From a virus, in the IMG/VR virus record IMGVR_UViG_3300027734_000042: a DNA stretch of 64,000 nucleotides; one strand, given 5' to 3'. Positions 1 through 8,993 of this stretch are shown here, piece after piece (within the stretch, counting starts at the first letter, position 1; each line of letters starts with the position of its first letter). The notes beneath the pieces were generated by a model that saw nothing but the letters and a program-made list of their open reading frames with translations, made no database searches and was not told the DNA's origin. Made by a program: the position numbers and the translations under genes.

Positions 1-111
1 GTCTTCGTCAGATTCGTCTTCCTCTTCAGTATCTTCTTCTTCCTCGTCTTCGTCAGATTCGTCTTCCTCTTCAGTATCTTCTTCTTCCTCGTCTTCGTCA
101 GATTCGTCTTC
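1..111. repeat. perfect 45-bp tandem repeat (about 2.5 copies) encoding EEEEDTEEEDESDED on the minus strand
   Basis: 1-45 is identical to 46-90 and 91-111 repeats the first 21 nt. Confidence 0.9.
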
Positions 112-324
112 GTCAGATTCGTCTTCTTCCTCAGTATCCTCGTCTTCTTCAGTATCTTCTACGTCAGATTCTTCAGTTTCATCCTCGTCAGATTCTTCTT
201 CGTCCTCATCGTTTTCCTCTTCCTCTTCCTCTTCTACCTCATGGTCTTTCCAAAAGTCATTTTCTGGCAATTCTTGATTTTTTCTAGAGCTAAACTCCTC
301 GAAAGATAATATAGATTTGTTCAT
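1..324 (-). CDS. highly acidic low-complexity protein (partial, runs off left edge); candidate head internal/scaffold-like protein
   Basis: Not in ORF track. ATG at 324 reads MNKSILSFEEFSSRKNQELPENDFWKDHEVEEEEEEENDEDEEESDED... with no stop before position 1; co-oriented with the two upstream minus-strand genes. Confidence 0.8.
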   Translation of the reverse strand, partial: MNKSILSFEEFSSRKNQELPENDFWKDHEVEEEEEEENDEDEEESDEDETEESDVEDTEEDEDTEEEDESDEDESDEDEEEEDTEEEDESDEDEEEEDTEEEDESDED

Positions 325-338
325 TTTTTTTATTTTTT

Positions 339-590
339 TTATTCTGTTACACCTATTGAAGCGGCACTTCCGCTTTCTGTCGCTCCGTATCCAGGATAAT
401 CTATTTTAGAAAATCCGTTGTAAACTGCATCTTTATAACCAACATAGTCATAAGCTGGTTCTGGAGTAATTTTATGAAGCCCCGTTCTATCTTCTTTACT
501 GAGATTTTCAGGGTTCCAAGGATCGCTAGCTACTTTCATAAAGTCTTTGTAGCTTAGGATCTCTCTTTTTTTTACGTTCTTCTGATTCAT
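339..590 (-). CDS. hypothetical protein with capsid-targeting-like motif (ILSYKDF)
   Basis: 83-aa ORF in a tight minus-strand operon. Confidence 0.65.
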   Translation of the reverse strand: MNQKNVKKREILSYKDFMKVASDPWNPENLSKEDRTGLHKITPEPAYDYVGYKDAVYNGFSKIDYPGYGATESGSAASIGVTE

Positions 591-602
591 AGTTATTCTT
601 CT

Positions 603-1319
603 TTAAAATGACGGTAAAATTCCAGCTAATCCAGATTTCATTGCTTTTGCAAATATATTAGGATCTTTAGTTTCTGCATTTTCTATATCAGTTGCTAATT
701 TTTGCTTATCTGAAGCAGTAACATTAGAACCAGAAAGAACGTCGCCTAAGTTAAATCCACATATTTTATCTCCGATCATTTGCTCAATGTTATTCATGAA
801 TCCGGTATTATTGATTGCGTTAGTTAAAGCTTCACGTAATCCAGCTGCAATTGTTGCACCCATACCAGTTTGCATATCTATTTTAAGACCTAATTTAGGT
901 AATAAATATTCTATACCTCTTTCTTGTAATGTTTCAGAAAGACCCTCCACGATTGCTCTTGCCCAGTTTTTACAAGATCCCTTACCGAAATAACTTCCAA
1001 GCTCTGTAAAATGAACTTGCTCGATAACGTTTCGTATAACTTGATAGAAGAATGTAGGTTGTCCTGTTTCGTCTAAAGGCTCTATACCTAATTTTTGAGC
1101 TGCCCAGTCAATTACATAATCCTTAAACGTATCGGTAAAACCTCCACCTAAAGATCCAAGTAAAGATGAGAATATATTTTCGTTGATCTCATTTTCACTT
1201 AATCCCTCAGATTTCATTCTAAGATATTCGTTTTCTAAAAGATACATTTCTTTAGATCTACTAATTGATGTAGTCTTGTTAGACTCTGTAATAAATTGGG
1301 AATATTTACGTATTACCAT
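603..1319 (-). CDS. hypothetical protein, candidate head-internal (ejected) protein
   Basis: 238 aa; N-terminus MVIRKYSQFITES resembles T4 internal-protein CTS; helical Gly/Ala/Leu-rich body; TATATA box upstream. Confidence 0.7.
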   Translation of the reverse strand: MVIRKYSQFITESNKTTSISRSKEMYLLENEYLRMKSEGLSENEINENIFSSLLGSLGGGFTDTFKDYVIDWAAQKLGIEPLDETGQPTFFYQVIRNVIEQVHFTELGSYFGKGSCKNWARAIVEGLSETLQERGIEYLLPKLGLKIDMQTGMGATIAAGLREALTNAINNTGFMNNIEQMIGDKICGFNLGDVLSGSNVTASDKQKLATDIENAETKDPNIFAKAMKSGLAGILPSF

Positions 1320-1337
1320 TTTCTTTCTACTTTTATT

Positions 1338-1375
1338 CTATATATCATTTTATCTCAATGAATCTGATATATATT
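1338..1375. promoter_or_regulatory. divergent pair of putative late promoters (GATATATA)
   Basis: GATATATAG on minus at 1338-1346 and GATATATA on plus at 1366-1373, each just upstream of an ATG. Confidence 0.6.
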
Positions 1376-1380
1376 AAGAA

Positions 1381-1794
1381 ATGAGTAGGATACTAAAAAT
1401 AGATAATTTCGCTAAGGATTTTCCTTCAGTATACGGATTGGATGCTGACGGATCTTGTTATGAAGTAAAAGAACCACTTTATCTAGAGGTTATAACGGGT
1501 TACGAATCAAAAGGAACTATATCAGGGATTCCCTATTTCGGTCCTATGTGGTCAAAAATTAAATGTGATAAGGGAGATTTAATATCAGCTTCTAAAAGCG
1601 GGTGTTATTTACAGGCTAAGGGGACAGAGGGATACATGGAATGTAGGCCTTTATCAGAAGCACCAGAGGGAAGTCCTAAATTAGAAAACATACCTCAAGA
1701 TTTTATAACCAAAGTGGGAAAAGATCTAATGAATATAAATTCACTAAGCTTCGGAGAAAGAAGCAAAATAACATCAGCTAGATTATTATTATGA
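1381..1794 (+). CDS. hypothetical protein
   Basis: 137-aa ORF, ATGA overlap with next gene; N-terminus MSRILKIDNF. Confidence 0.7.
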   Translation: MSRILKIDNFAKDFPSVYGLDADGSCYEVKEPLYLEVITGYESKGTISGIPYFGPMWSKIKCDKGDLISASKSGCYLQAKGTEGYMECRPLSEAPEGSPKLENIPQDFITKVGKDLMNINSLSFGERSKITSARLLL

Positions 1795-2351
1795 GAAGAA
1801 TATACACATTTAATGAATTTGGTCTTAATGAAAGTTCAGCTGCAGGAAATAACGGGCAGTTCTATACAATTCCTTTTAAATACACATCGAATGATCCTAA
1901 AAAGGGATATAACAGTAAAACATTCGTTGATGATTTAAAAACAATCTTTTTAGAAAAGCCAAAATTAGCAGAAGAGATAACAGAATTTTTAGTTGCAAAT
2001 GCAGAGATTTCAAGAATAGATGATCTTATTATAAAGCCATTCTCTTTTATATCTAAATTAATTCCTGAAATAGAAAGGATAATCGATGCTGGTGAATATG
2101 AGCCAGAAATGATAATGCCTGGCGGAGGTCTTTTGTTTATTAGAAACAAAATGTTTAAAGATGGGAGTGGAGCAGATTTCTACATAAATAAGAAAGGAAC
2201 TAAAGTTGAAGTTGTATTTGATGACGATCTAGGAAAAGACAAGTCTGCTTTATTTATGGTAGATAATTTTCCTTATGATAAATTTGAATTTACAGAGGAA
2301 GAAAAAGAAGAGCTAGAAGCTTTGGTTAAAGCTAGGGGAACTAATTCTTAA
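1791..2351 (+). CDS. hypothetical protein, candidate head-internal protein
   Basis: 186 aa; N-terminus MRRIYTFNEFGLNES (CTS-like, LNE cleavage-type site). Confidence 0.7.
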   Translation: MRRIYTFNEFGLNESSAAGNNGQFYTIPFKYTSNDPKKGYNSKTFVDDLKTIFLEKPKLAEEITEFLVANAEISRIDDLIIKPFSFISKLIPEIERIIDAGEYEPEMIMPGGGLLFIRNKMFKDGSGADFYINKKGTKVEVVFDDDLGKDKSALFMVDNFPYDKFEFTEEEKEELEALVKARGTNS

Positions 2352-3057
2352 ATTTATTCATTATTAGATCTATAGATCTTTCCTTACTTATATCTGTACC
2401 GGTTTCTATATCTATATCATCAGAAACATCCGCAACTAGAACACAGTCGTATTGATTAGAGAAATCTTTAATATTAGCTTTGAGAAATTTTCTAATGACA
2501 GATATTTCATTAGTAGTCTCACACAAGGGATCTAATAATTCAGTCATTAAAAGAGCAATATTTTCTTTCTTACCGACCTTTACTATTGAAAAGAACCAGG
2601 TGAACACTTTCATATATTCCTCATCGTTCTTTCTTATTACAAGAAATCCCTGGTCCCAAAGATTGTATTTTGCACAATAGCTTTCTACATTTACTAATGA
2701 GTTATACTTCTCGTAAAATAAGTTGTTTTCTTCTATAAAATTCTCTATTGTTTTAATAGAATCCTTAACTATAATTCCTATCTCCTCTATACTATCAAGA
2801 TTCTTATCAAGCAGAGTGTAAATAAGATCCTTCTCCTCTTCCGTTATTTTAGAAAGTGTCTTAGATGTAAACTCAGTGTTTTTATCAAAACTTTCTAAGT
2901 CTCTTTTAATAGTTAATAGCTCTTTAAAATTTTTCACAAACTGTTTAGTTCGAAAACTTTTCTTAAGCTTTACTAAAAATGCCATAAGAATATAATACTT
3001 ATACTCGGCGTCTATTGGAGATTCTAAAAACCAGTAAGGCTTTAAGTTTTTCATCAA
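2341..3057 (-). CDS. hypothetical protein
   Basis: 238-aa ORF with its own TATATA box; convergent 11-bp overlap with previous gene; N-terminal WFLESPIDAEYKYYILMAFL. Confidence 0.75.
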   Translation of the reverse strand: MMKNLKPYWFLESPIDAEYKYYILMAFLVKLKKSFRTKQFVKNFKELLTIKRDLESFDKNTEFTSKTLSKITEEEKDLIYTLLDKNLDSIEEIGIIVKDSIKTIENFIEENNLFYEKYNSLVNVESYCAKYNLWDQGFLVIRKNDEEYMKVFTWFFSIVKVGKKENIALLMTELLDPLCETTNEISVIRKFLKANIKDFSNQYDCVLVADVSDDIDIETGTDISKERSIDLIMNKFKN

Positions 3058-3075
3058 TTTATGTTTTTATCTCTA

Positions 3076-3087
3076 ATTATATATAGA
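3076..3087 (-). promoter_or_regulatory. putative late promoter TCTATATATAAT
   Basis: Identical 12-mer to 3193-3204 on the opposite strand; about 20 nt upstream of the 3057 start. Confidence 0.6.
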
Positions 3088-3132
3088 CAAGGGAGAAATT
3101 ATTCACATTATAAGAAATATTTCTAAAAAGGT

Positions 3133-3161
3133 GAAACTCTTCTGCAACCAGGGACTACAAT
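3133..3161 (+). promoter_or_regulatory. putative alternative-sigma promoter GAAAC-N17-CTACAAT
   Basis: Same spacing and -10 box as 32337-32365. Confidence 0.5.
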
Positions 3162-3192
3162 TTTTATCTATAAAATCCCAGGCTATGAATAA

Positions 3193-3204
3193 TCTATATA
3201 TAAT
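3193..3204 (+). promoter_or_regulatory. putative late promoter TCTATATATAAT heading the glycan locus
   Basis: 6 nt upstream of ATG 3211; motif recurs before structural operons. Confidence 0.6.
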
Positions 3205-3210
3205 AATCTT

Positions 3211-3831
3211 ATGAGCCCCCAATTTTTAGTTATAGCTTACTACACGGAAAACACTCCGTATGAAGCACTCGCAGCAAATCTTAAAAAGTCTTTACAACAC
3301 TTTGCAATAGCTCATCACATAGAAGGAATAGCAGATCTTGGCTCTTGGGAAAAGAATACACATCACAAAGCATATTTTATTAAAAAGTGTTTAACAGATA
3401 GAAATCAAGATCTATTATGTGTAGATGTTGACGCAGTCTTTAAACAATATCCGAGTCTTATACCGGATCTCACCTGTGATATAGCATACAGGACACAAGA
3501 CTTCAGATGGAGAAAAGACGAAGCCTTATCAGGAACTATCTTTCTAAAGAATAACGACAAAGTTAAAAGACTTGTTGATCGATGGATCGAACTGAATGAA
3601 GCTACCCCCGCAGAAAGAATGAAGCCTGAAACATGGGAGCAAAAAAATATGCAAAGGGCTCATAGAGAAATGAGCGAAATTGATTATTATAATTTACCTC
3701 CCGAATACACTTTCATATTTGATCATATGAAAACAATGTACCCAGGAATATCCCCTGTAATAGAGCATTATCAAGAATCAAGGAATGTTCATAGAAATAC
3801 GAATCAAAATCGTAATTTCAGGATAAGATAA
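3211..3831 (+). CDS. GT-A fold glycosyltransferase (nucleotide-diphospho-sugar transferase-like)
   Basis: KAYFIKKCL...LLCVDVDAVF DxD motif, SGTIFL, WEQ, LPPEY, IEHYQESR. Confidence 0.75.
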   Translation: MSPQFLVIAYYTENTPYEALAANLKKSLQHFAIAHHIEGIADLGSWEKNTHHKAYFIKKCLTDRNQDLLCVDVDAVFKQYPSLIPDLTCDIAYRTQDFRWRKDEALSGTIFLKNNDKVKRLVDRWIELNEATPAERMKPETWEQKNMQRAHREMSEIDYYNLPPEYTFIFDHMKTMYPGISPVIEHYQESRNVHRNTNQNRNFRIR

Positions 3832-3833
3832 GC

Positions 3834-4568
3834 ATGGAATTAAAATATGCCGTAGTCAGCTCAGATTCAAATCCTGAATATCTAGATTTTTGGCCATATG
3901 TAGCAAGGGCTTGGAAAAGAATAGGAATAGAGCCTATTCTTCTTTATATAGATAAACAAAAGCCGCACGAGAGCGTACATGACCACGGGAGGGTAATATA
4001 TCTTGAATCAATCCCCGAATGGAGTATAGCTCAACAAGCACAATGTATAAGATTTTGGGCAGCTAAGATATTAGATGCTCCTTTTATCATATCCGATATG
4101 GATATGCTTCCTATATCAGAGGATTATTATAAACGGGGAGTCTCCGAGATTGGTGGTCAGGGTTTAGTTTCTTATAGCTCTGATATTATTAAATACCGAT
4201 GGTACATAACAAACCCACAGTATCCAATGTGTTATTTGGCTGGCGATCCTGATAGTTTTTGTGGAATATTAGAAATAACTGAGCCTACTCATCAAGAATT
4301 TCTTCGAAGATTAATAAGAATGAATTTAAGATCTGGTACTGATCAGAAATTCTTCTATAATCAATCTTTAAAAAATAGACACTACAAAATCAAGCATTTA
4401 GAGAGGGGATGGATAGATGAAAAATATGCTACAGGAAGGCTCGATAAGGTTATATGGCCTAAAACTGGGTATAACGTAGATGAATATATAGATTGTCATC
4501 TACCAAGACCCCTCACTTCAAATATTGATATTTGTAAAGAGCTCTTCGGTAAACTTAAAATAGATTAA
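3834..4568 (+). CDS. putative glycosyltransferase
   Basis: QCIRFW, IISDMDMLP DxD motif, YPMCY, TDQ, IDCHLPRP; glycan-locus context. Confidence 0.6.
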   Translation: MELKYAVVSSDSNPEYLDFWPYVARAWKRIGIEPILLYIDKQKPHESVHDHGRVIYLESIPEWSIAQQAQCIRFWAAKILDAPFIISDMDMLPISEDYYKRGVSEIGGQGLVSYSSDIIKYRWYITNPQYPMCYLAGDPDSFCGILEITEPTHQEFLRRLIRMNLRSGTDQKFFYNQSLKNRHYKIKHLERGWIDEKYATGRLDKVIWPKTGYNVDEYIDCHLPRPLTSNIDICKELFGKLKID

Positions 4569-5378
4569 ATGAAGCTGTCAATAATACTCCCAACAGGAGG
4601 AAACGATCATCTAAGAAATCGTAATTTTAATGAGTGTCTTTCCTCTATTAAGAACCAAAAATTCACAGACTATGAAGTAATAGTAGTCGAACAATCTTTG
4701 GATGGGAATTTTTACAAGTCTACTAACCCGATACTAAGCTATAAACATATAGGTATTAACGATCTACAGAATAGGGGATTTAATTTAAGTTGGTGCAGAA
4801 ACGTAGGTGCTAGAGAAGCTCAGGGTGATATTATAGTTCTAATGGATTCCGATTTTGTTTTTGAGGATAATTATTTTTCTGTTATAAGCGAATTTAAAGG
4901 CGAATTTGCAGCAGGTGCAGAAACTTATTATTGGTGTAATACCGAAGAACCAACATCTGAGTGGTTAAGAACGAAGGACTTTAATGTTTTTAGAAGAAGA
5001 GGAGCTGGTCATAGAGATCCTGTATTTAAATTTAGATCTATGTCTAGAGGATGCGGATACGGAGCTATCCTAGTTTATAATAAGGAATGGTTTTGGGAAA
5101 CTATGGGTGGATACAACGAGAATTTCTTTAGATATGGCTGGGAAGATAAAGCAACAACTGAGATGATTAAGTCTTTGTTATCTAGAGATGACGAGAGTAT
5201 GCTTAGAATACCATACGAAGCTGCACACTTAAGCCATACATCTAAAGACGTAAGAAATTTGAATACTAACGAAGCTCTTTTCTATAAGTTTACTAGAATG
5301 GATCAGAGGGAGCTTTCTAGAATAATTAAGGAATCTGGTGTTGGAAAAAGATTAGAACCCACTGTAATAAATGTTTAA
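4569..5378 (+). CDS. glycosyltransferase family 2 / GT7-C-like
   Basis: KLSIILP, EVIVVEQ, FNLSWCRNVG, LMDSD, GGYNENFFRYGWED. Confidence 0.85.
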   Translation: MKLSIILPTGGNDHLRNRNFNECLSSIKNQKFTDYEVIVVEQSLDGNFYKSTNPILSYKHIGINDLQNRGFNLSWCRNVGAREAQGDIIVLMDSDFVFEDNYFSVISEFKGEFAAGAETYYWCNTEEPTSEWLRTKDFNVFRRRGAGHRDPVFKFRSMSRGCGYGAILVYNKEWFWETMGGYNENFFRYGWEDKATTEMIKSLLSRDDESMLRIPYEAAHLSHTSKDVRNLNTNEALFYKFTRMDQRELSRIIKESGVGKRLEPTVINV

Positions 5379-5383
5379 ATAGT

Positions 5384-6400
5384 ATGGAAAAGCCAATAAG
5401 AAATATATCAGGCACCAAGGAAAGGAGAAGATTGGTTAATAGAATGACTCCCCTTGTAATAAAAAAAGATATACCAAATGAAGAAGGGACAAAAAAACAA
5501 GAAGCTATGTTAGACAAGTACCAAATAACAGAGATATATGAAAAAAATAAGATAGACTACGAGGCTCTTAAGGAATCTTGTGAATTTAATCTAATCAATA
5601 CTGACGATGTTGATGTTTCTATTATAATCCCCGTAAGAGGAAGAGAGAATTTTAACAAGCCTTTAGTTGATCATCTAATCTCCTCCATTAATTTTTTTAA
5701 CAGCAAAACTTATTCGATAACATTCGTTGAACACAGTGAAGAGACAAAGCATAAGGAATTGTGCAACGGAGTCACTAATCATATATGGATTAAGAAAACA
5801 GACAGAGGATTATTTAATAAATGTCTGTCAATGAATGTGGGAGCTTTATTTTCAAATAGAGCAAAGTATTATCTTTTTCACGATATAGATCTTCTAACTG
5901 ACCGTCAATTTTTTCATAATATTTTTCAGAATCTTGCACGTATTCCTGAGGGATGTGCATTACAATCTTTTGGGGGAAGAAGGGTTATTGCAATGAATAA
6001 TGATTTAACTGATAGAATATTAAGAAATAGAACTAGGATAGAAGATGTAATACCAGGAAGCTACGAATCCCAGTATTGTCCTCCTGGAGCTCCCGGAGGA
6101 TCTATATTTATTAGTCATAATAGCTTCTATAGAGTTGGTGGATTTGATGCTGAATTTTTTCATAGTTATTCTTGCGAAGATGCTTTCTTCTACCATAAAT
6201 TAGAAATAACAGTTGGCATACAGGGATGTGACAACCCGTTGGTTGATGTTTTTCATATGGATCACCCAAGAACTAATGGATCTGATAATCCTGATAGACA
6301 CATTCAAAATCTCACATATGCTGGATTTAAAAATATGCCACCAGAGGATAAAATGAATTTAATAAGTCATTTTTCTAGTAATATAAATAAACTAAAGTAG
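5384..6400 (+). CDS. glycosyltransferase family 2 / galactosyltransferase (GT7-C)-like
   Basis: SIIIPVRGR, FNKCLSMNVG, FHDIDL, VGGFDAEFFHSYSCED, HMDHP. Confidence 0.85.
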   Translation: MEKPIRNISGTKERRRLVNRMTPLVIKKDIPNEEGTKKQEAMLDKYQITEIYEKNKIDYEALKESCEFNLINTDDVDVSIIIPVRGRENFNKPLVDHLISSINFFNSKTYSITFVEHSEETKHKELCNGVTNHIWIKKTDRGLFNKCLSMNVGALFSNRAKYYLFHDIDLLTDRQFFHNIFQNLARIPEGCALQSFGGRRVIAMNNDLTDRILRNRTRIEDVIPGSYESQYCPPGAPGGSIFISHNSFYRVGGFDAEFFHSYSCEDAFFYHKLEITVGIQGCDNPLVDVFHMDHPRTNGSDNPDRHIQNLTYAGFKNMPPEDKMNLISHFSSNINKLK

Positions 6401-7069
6401 ATGAGAAAAGCATTCGAATACTTCGATAAAGTATTTTTAATAAACCTAGATAAGCGTAAAGATAGACTGGATAGATGTAATGATATATTTGAAAAGAATA
6501 ACGTAAAGGATTTAATAGAAAGATTCCCCGGTATAGTCCCTGATCCTTCTGATGATATTCCTTACACGAAAGACACAGAAAAAATAAAAATACCTTTATA
6601 TGGGTGTTTATTATCTCACATAAATATTATAAAGAGAGCAAAGGAAGAGGGCTTAAAATCTGTATTGGTATTAGAGGACGATGTTGATTTTATTAATATT
6701 GACTATATTGACAGATCTGTTGATCAGCTAAAAAATAGAGAATGGAGTCTTTTTTATCTTGGCGCAAACACACATGTTCCATTAAATAAAGATGACGAAA
6801 ATCTTTTAGTCTTAAAAAAGGGATTTGCAACTCATGCAGTAGCATATCATGAGAGCTTCTATGATTATTTTATCGAAAACTTTGAGCGTAGAAATATACC
6901 TATAATAGATGTATGGCTTTCTGATTACGGGCAGGAAAATTTTAAAAGCTATTGTACTTTCCCTATAACTGCAGTGCAGGCTAGCAACCATAGCGATATA
7001 CATGACGCATTTGCAGATTACAGTTGGATGGAAGGTAAATTTAAAGATAACACCAAACATTTAGTATAA
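6401..7069 (+). CDS. glycosyltransferase family 25
   Basis: LINLDKRKDR, GCLLSH, LVLEDDV, THAVAY. Confidence 0.85.
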   Translation: MRKAFEYFDKVFLINLDKRKDRLDRCNDIFEKNNVKDLIERFPGIVPDPSDDIPYTKDTEKIKIPLYGCLLSHINIIKRAKEEGLKSVLVLEDDVDFINIDYIDRSVDQLKNREWSLFYLGANTHVPLNKDDENLLVLKKGFATHAVAYHESFYDYFIENFERRNIPIIDVWLSDYGQENFKSYCTFPITAVQASNHSDIHDAFADYSWMEGKFKDNTKHLV

Positions 7070-7782
7070 TGGACAAGAAAAGAATATTAATTACAGGAGC
7101 CACTAGTGGTATAGGAGAAGCAACTTTTAAACATGCTATAAAAAACGGTCACACTGTTTTTATTACCGGTAGAAATGAAACAGTTCTGAAAAAATTAGCA
7201 GGCGAAAATCCTGGCACATTTTATTTAAAAACTGACGTAACAAATACGGAGGATGTTAAGAATCTATCAACTCAGGTTATTGAAAAAATGGGAGGTATAG
7301 ATGTCTTACTGAACAATGCAGGAATAGGAATATTCGATAGATTAATAGATTCAGATCTGAACGACTGGCATCAAATGATAGATGTTAACATTAAAGGTGT
7401 ATTGAATGTTCTGCATTATTTCCTACCTTATTTAATAGAATCAAACGGACAGGTAATAAATTTAGGGTCTGTAGCTTCTCACCACGTTTTTCCTGAATCT
7501 GGAGTATATTGTGCTACTAAGCATGCAGTATTAGCTATTAGTGAAAGTCTAAGAGCTGAACTTTCTAAAAAGATAAGAGTGACTACAATTAGTCCAGGAT
7601 CGGTTAATACGCCATTTATAGATCAAACTAAAAATACTGATCTTCTATCTAAGTTTAAACCTAGTTTTGAAAGTGGTATGACCCCTGAATGGGTTGCTTC
7701 CCAGATAATGAATACAATTGAGGTTGAAGATGGCATGAACATAAGTGAAATAATTATAAGACCCTTTCAAATTAAAAAATAG
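7069..7782 (+). CDS. short-chain dehydrogenase/reductase (SDR)
   Basis: TGATSGIG, NNAG, S...YCATK, ISPG. Confidence 0.9.
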   Translation: MDKKRILITGATSGIGEATFKHAIKNGHTVFITGRNETVLKKLAGENPGTFYLKTDVTNTEDVKNLSTQVIEKMGGIDVLLNNAGIGIFDRLIDSDLNDWHQMIDVNIKGVLNVLHYFLPYLIESNGQVINLGSVASHHVFPESGVYCATKHAVLAISESLRAELSKKIRVTTISPGSVNTPFIDQTKNTDLLSKFKPSFESGMTPEWVASQIMNTIEVEDGMNISEIIIRPFQIKK

Positions 7783-7783
7783 G

Positions 7784-8194
7784 ATGGAAAAAATATATTC
7801 AAAAGTAGAAGAAGGAAAGCTATTACATATAATTAATAGATTATCCGAAATAGAAAAAAGAACTGAAGTAGTTCCAGAGGATAATTTTATCCAATGTGCT
7901 ACCTTAAAAATGGAGAATGGTAAAACTTTTCCTCCACATAAACACATTACCAAACAAAGAACATATGAAGCTCAAATAGCTCAGGAATCTTGGGTGGTAA
8001 TAAAAGGAAGTGTAAAATGTAAATTTTACGACATTGACGACACTTTAATTGCAGAGCCTGTATTATATCCAGGAGATGCAAGCTTTACTCTTTACGGTGG
8101 TCATACATACGAAATTTTAGAGGAAGACACGATAGTTTATGAATATAAAACTGGACCTTACGAAGGTCAAAAATTAGATAAAGTATTTTTATAA
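7784..8194 (+). CDS. cupin-fold protein (WbuC-like sugar isomerase/epimerase)
   Basis: PHKH...QESW...GGHTY...EYKTGPY. Confidence 0.7.
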   Translation: MEKIYSKVEEGKLLHIINRLSEIEKRTEVVPEDNFIQCATLKMENGKTFPPHKHITKQRTYEAQIAQESWVVIKGSVKCKFYDIDDTLIAEPVLYPGDASFTLYGGHTYEILEEDTIVYEYKTGPYEGQKLDKVFL

Positions 8195-8195
8195 T

Positions 8196-8990
8196 ATGAT
8201 AGGAGGAAGTATACTAGGAGGGCTCGGAAATATGATGTTTGTGATTGCTGCTGTGGAAAATCTAGCAAAGTCACATAATAATATTGCATATTTCCCTAAT
8301 GTAAAATCGCATTTAGCTAAAGTTCAAGATGATAGAACTAGGGTTTACCCAAACTCTGATGTTTCTACACAGGACTATTTAAGAATATTTAAAAATTTTA
8401 AATGGAATGATGAGGGAAATGCAACAAGTAAGATATCTTGTTCATTCAATTATTCACCTATTCCTTACAGGGACGGAGCAATTTATCACGGGTACTTCCA
8501 AACAGAGAAATACTTCACAGACAGAAATCACATTTTAAATTTATTTGAACCCTCCGATTTCGTCTTACAGCAGATTGAAAAATATATGAATATTTTGGAA
8601 GGCGAAACATGTGCTATTCATGTTAGAAGGGGGGATTATTCTTTGGATCAAAATAGCAAGCATCATACAAAAAATATGGATTGGTATAATTCAGCAATGG
8701 ATATAGTTAATGCTGAAAAGTATATAATATTTAGTGACGACATAGACTACGCTAAACAGAATTTTCTAGGAGATAAATTCATTTTTGTTGAAGATAAGGA
8801 TTACATAGAGCTTTTTTTGATGTCGATGTGTAAACATAACATAATATCAAGCTCTAGCTTTTCTTGGTGGGGAGCTTGGCTAAACAAAAACGAAAATAAA
8901 AAGGTAATTTCCCCTATGAAATGGTTTGGTAGAATTGACCCGGGTTATTCGGATGTTGACATAGTACCTAATACATGGTTAAAATTATAA
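8196..8990 (+). CDS. alpha-1,2-fucosyltransferase family (GT11)
   Basis: GGLGNMMF, GYFQ, IHVRRGDY, FSDD, SSFSWWGAWL. Confidence 0.9.
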   Translation: MIGGSILGGLGNMMFVIAAVENLAKSHNNIAYFPNVKSHLAKVQDDRTRVYPNSDVSTQDYLRIFKNFKWNDEGNATSKISCSFNYSPIPYRDGAIYHGYFQTEKYFTDRNHILNLFEPSDFVLQQIEKYMNILEGETCAIHVRRGDYSLDQNSKHHTKNMDWYNSAMDIVNAEKYIIFSDDIDYAKQNFLGDKFIFVEDKDYIELFLMSMCKHNIISSSSFSWWGAWLNKNENKKVISPMKWFGRIDPGYSDVDIVPNTWLKL

Positions 8991-8993
8991 AAT

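Noticed and set aside
1-111. 45-bp repeats as a CRISPR array
   Set aside because: Head-to-tail with no spacers, length a multiple of 3, inside an open acidic ORF
5384-7069. Stop-codon reassignment (TAG read-through fusing 5384..6400 to the in-frame 6401 gene)
   Set aside because: Multi-kb ORFs are intact under code 11, TAG/TGA occur only at gene ends, and both proteins are complete GT domains
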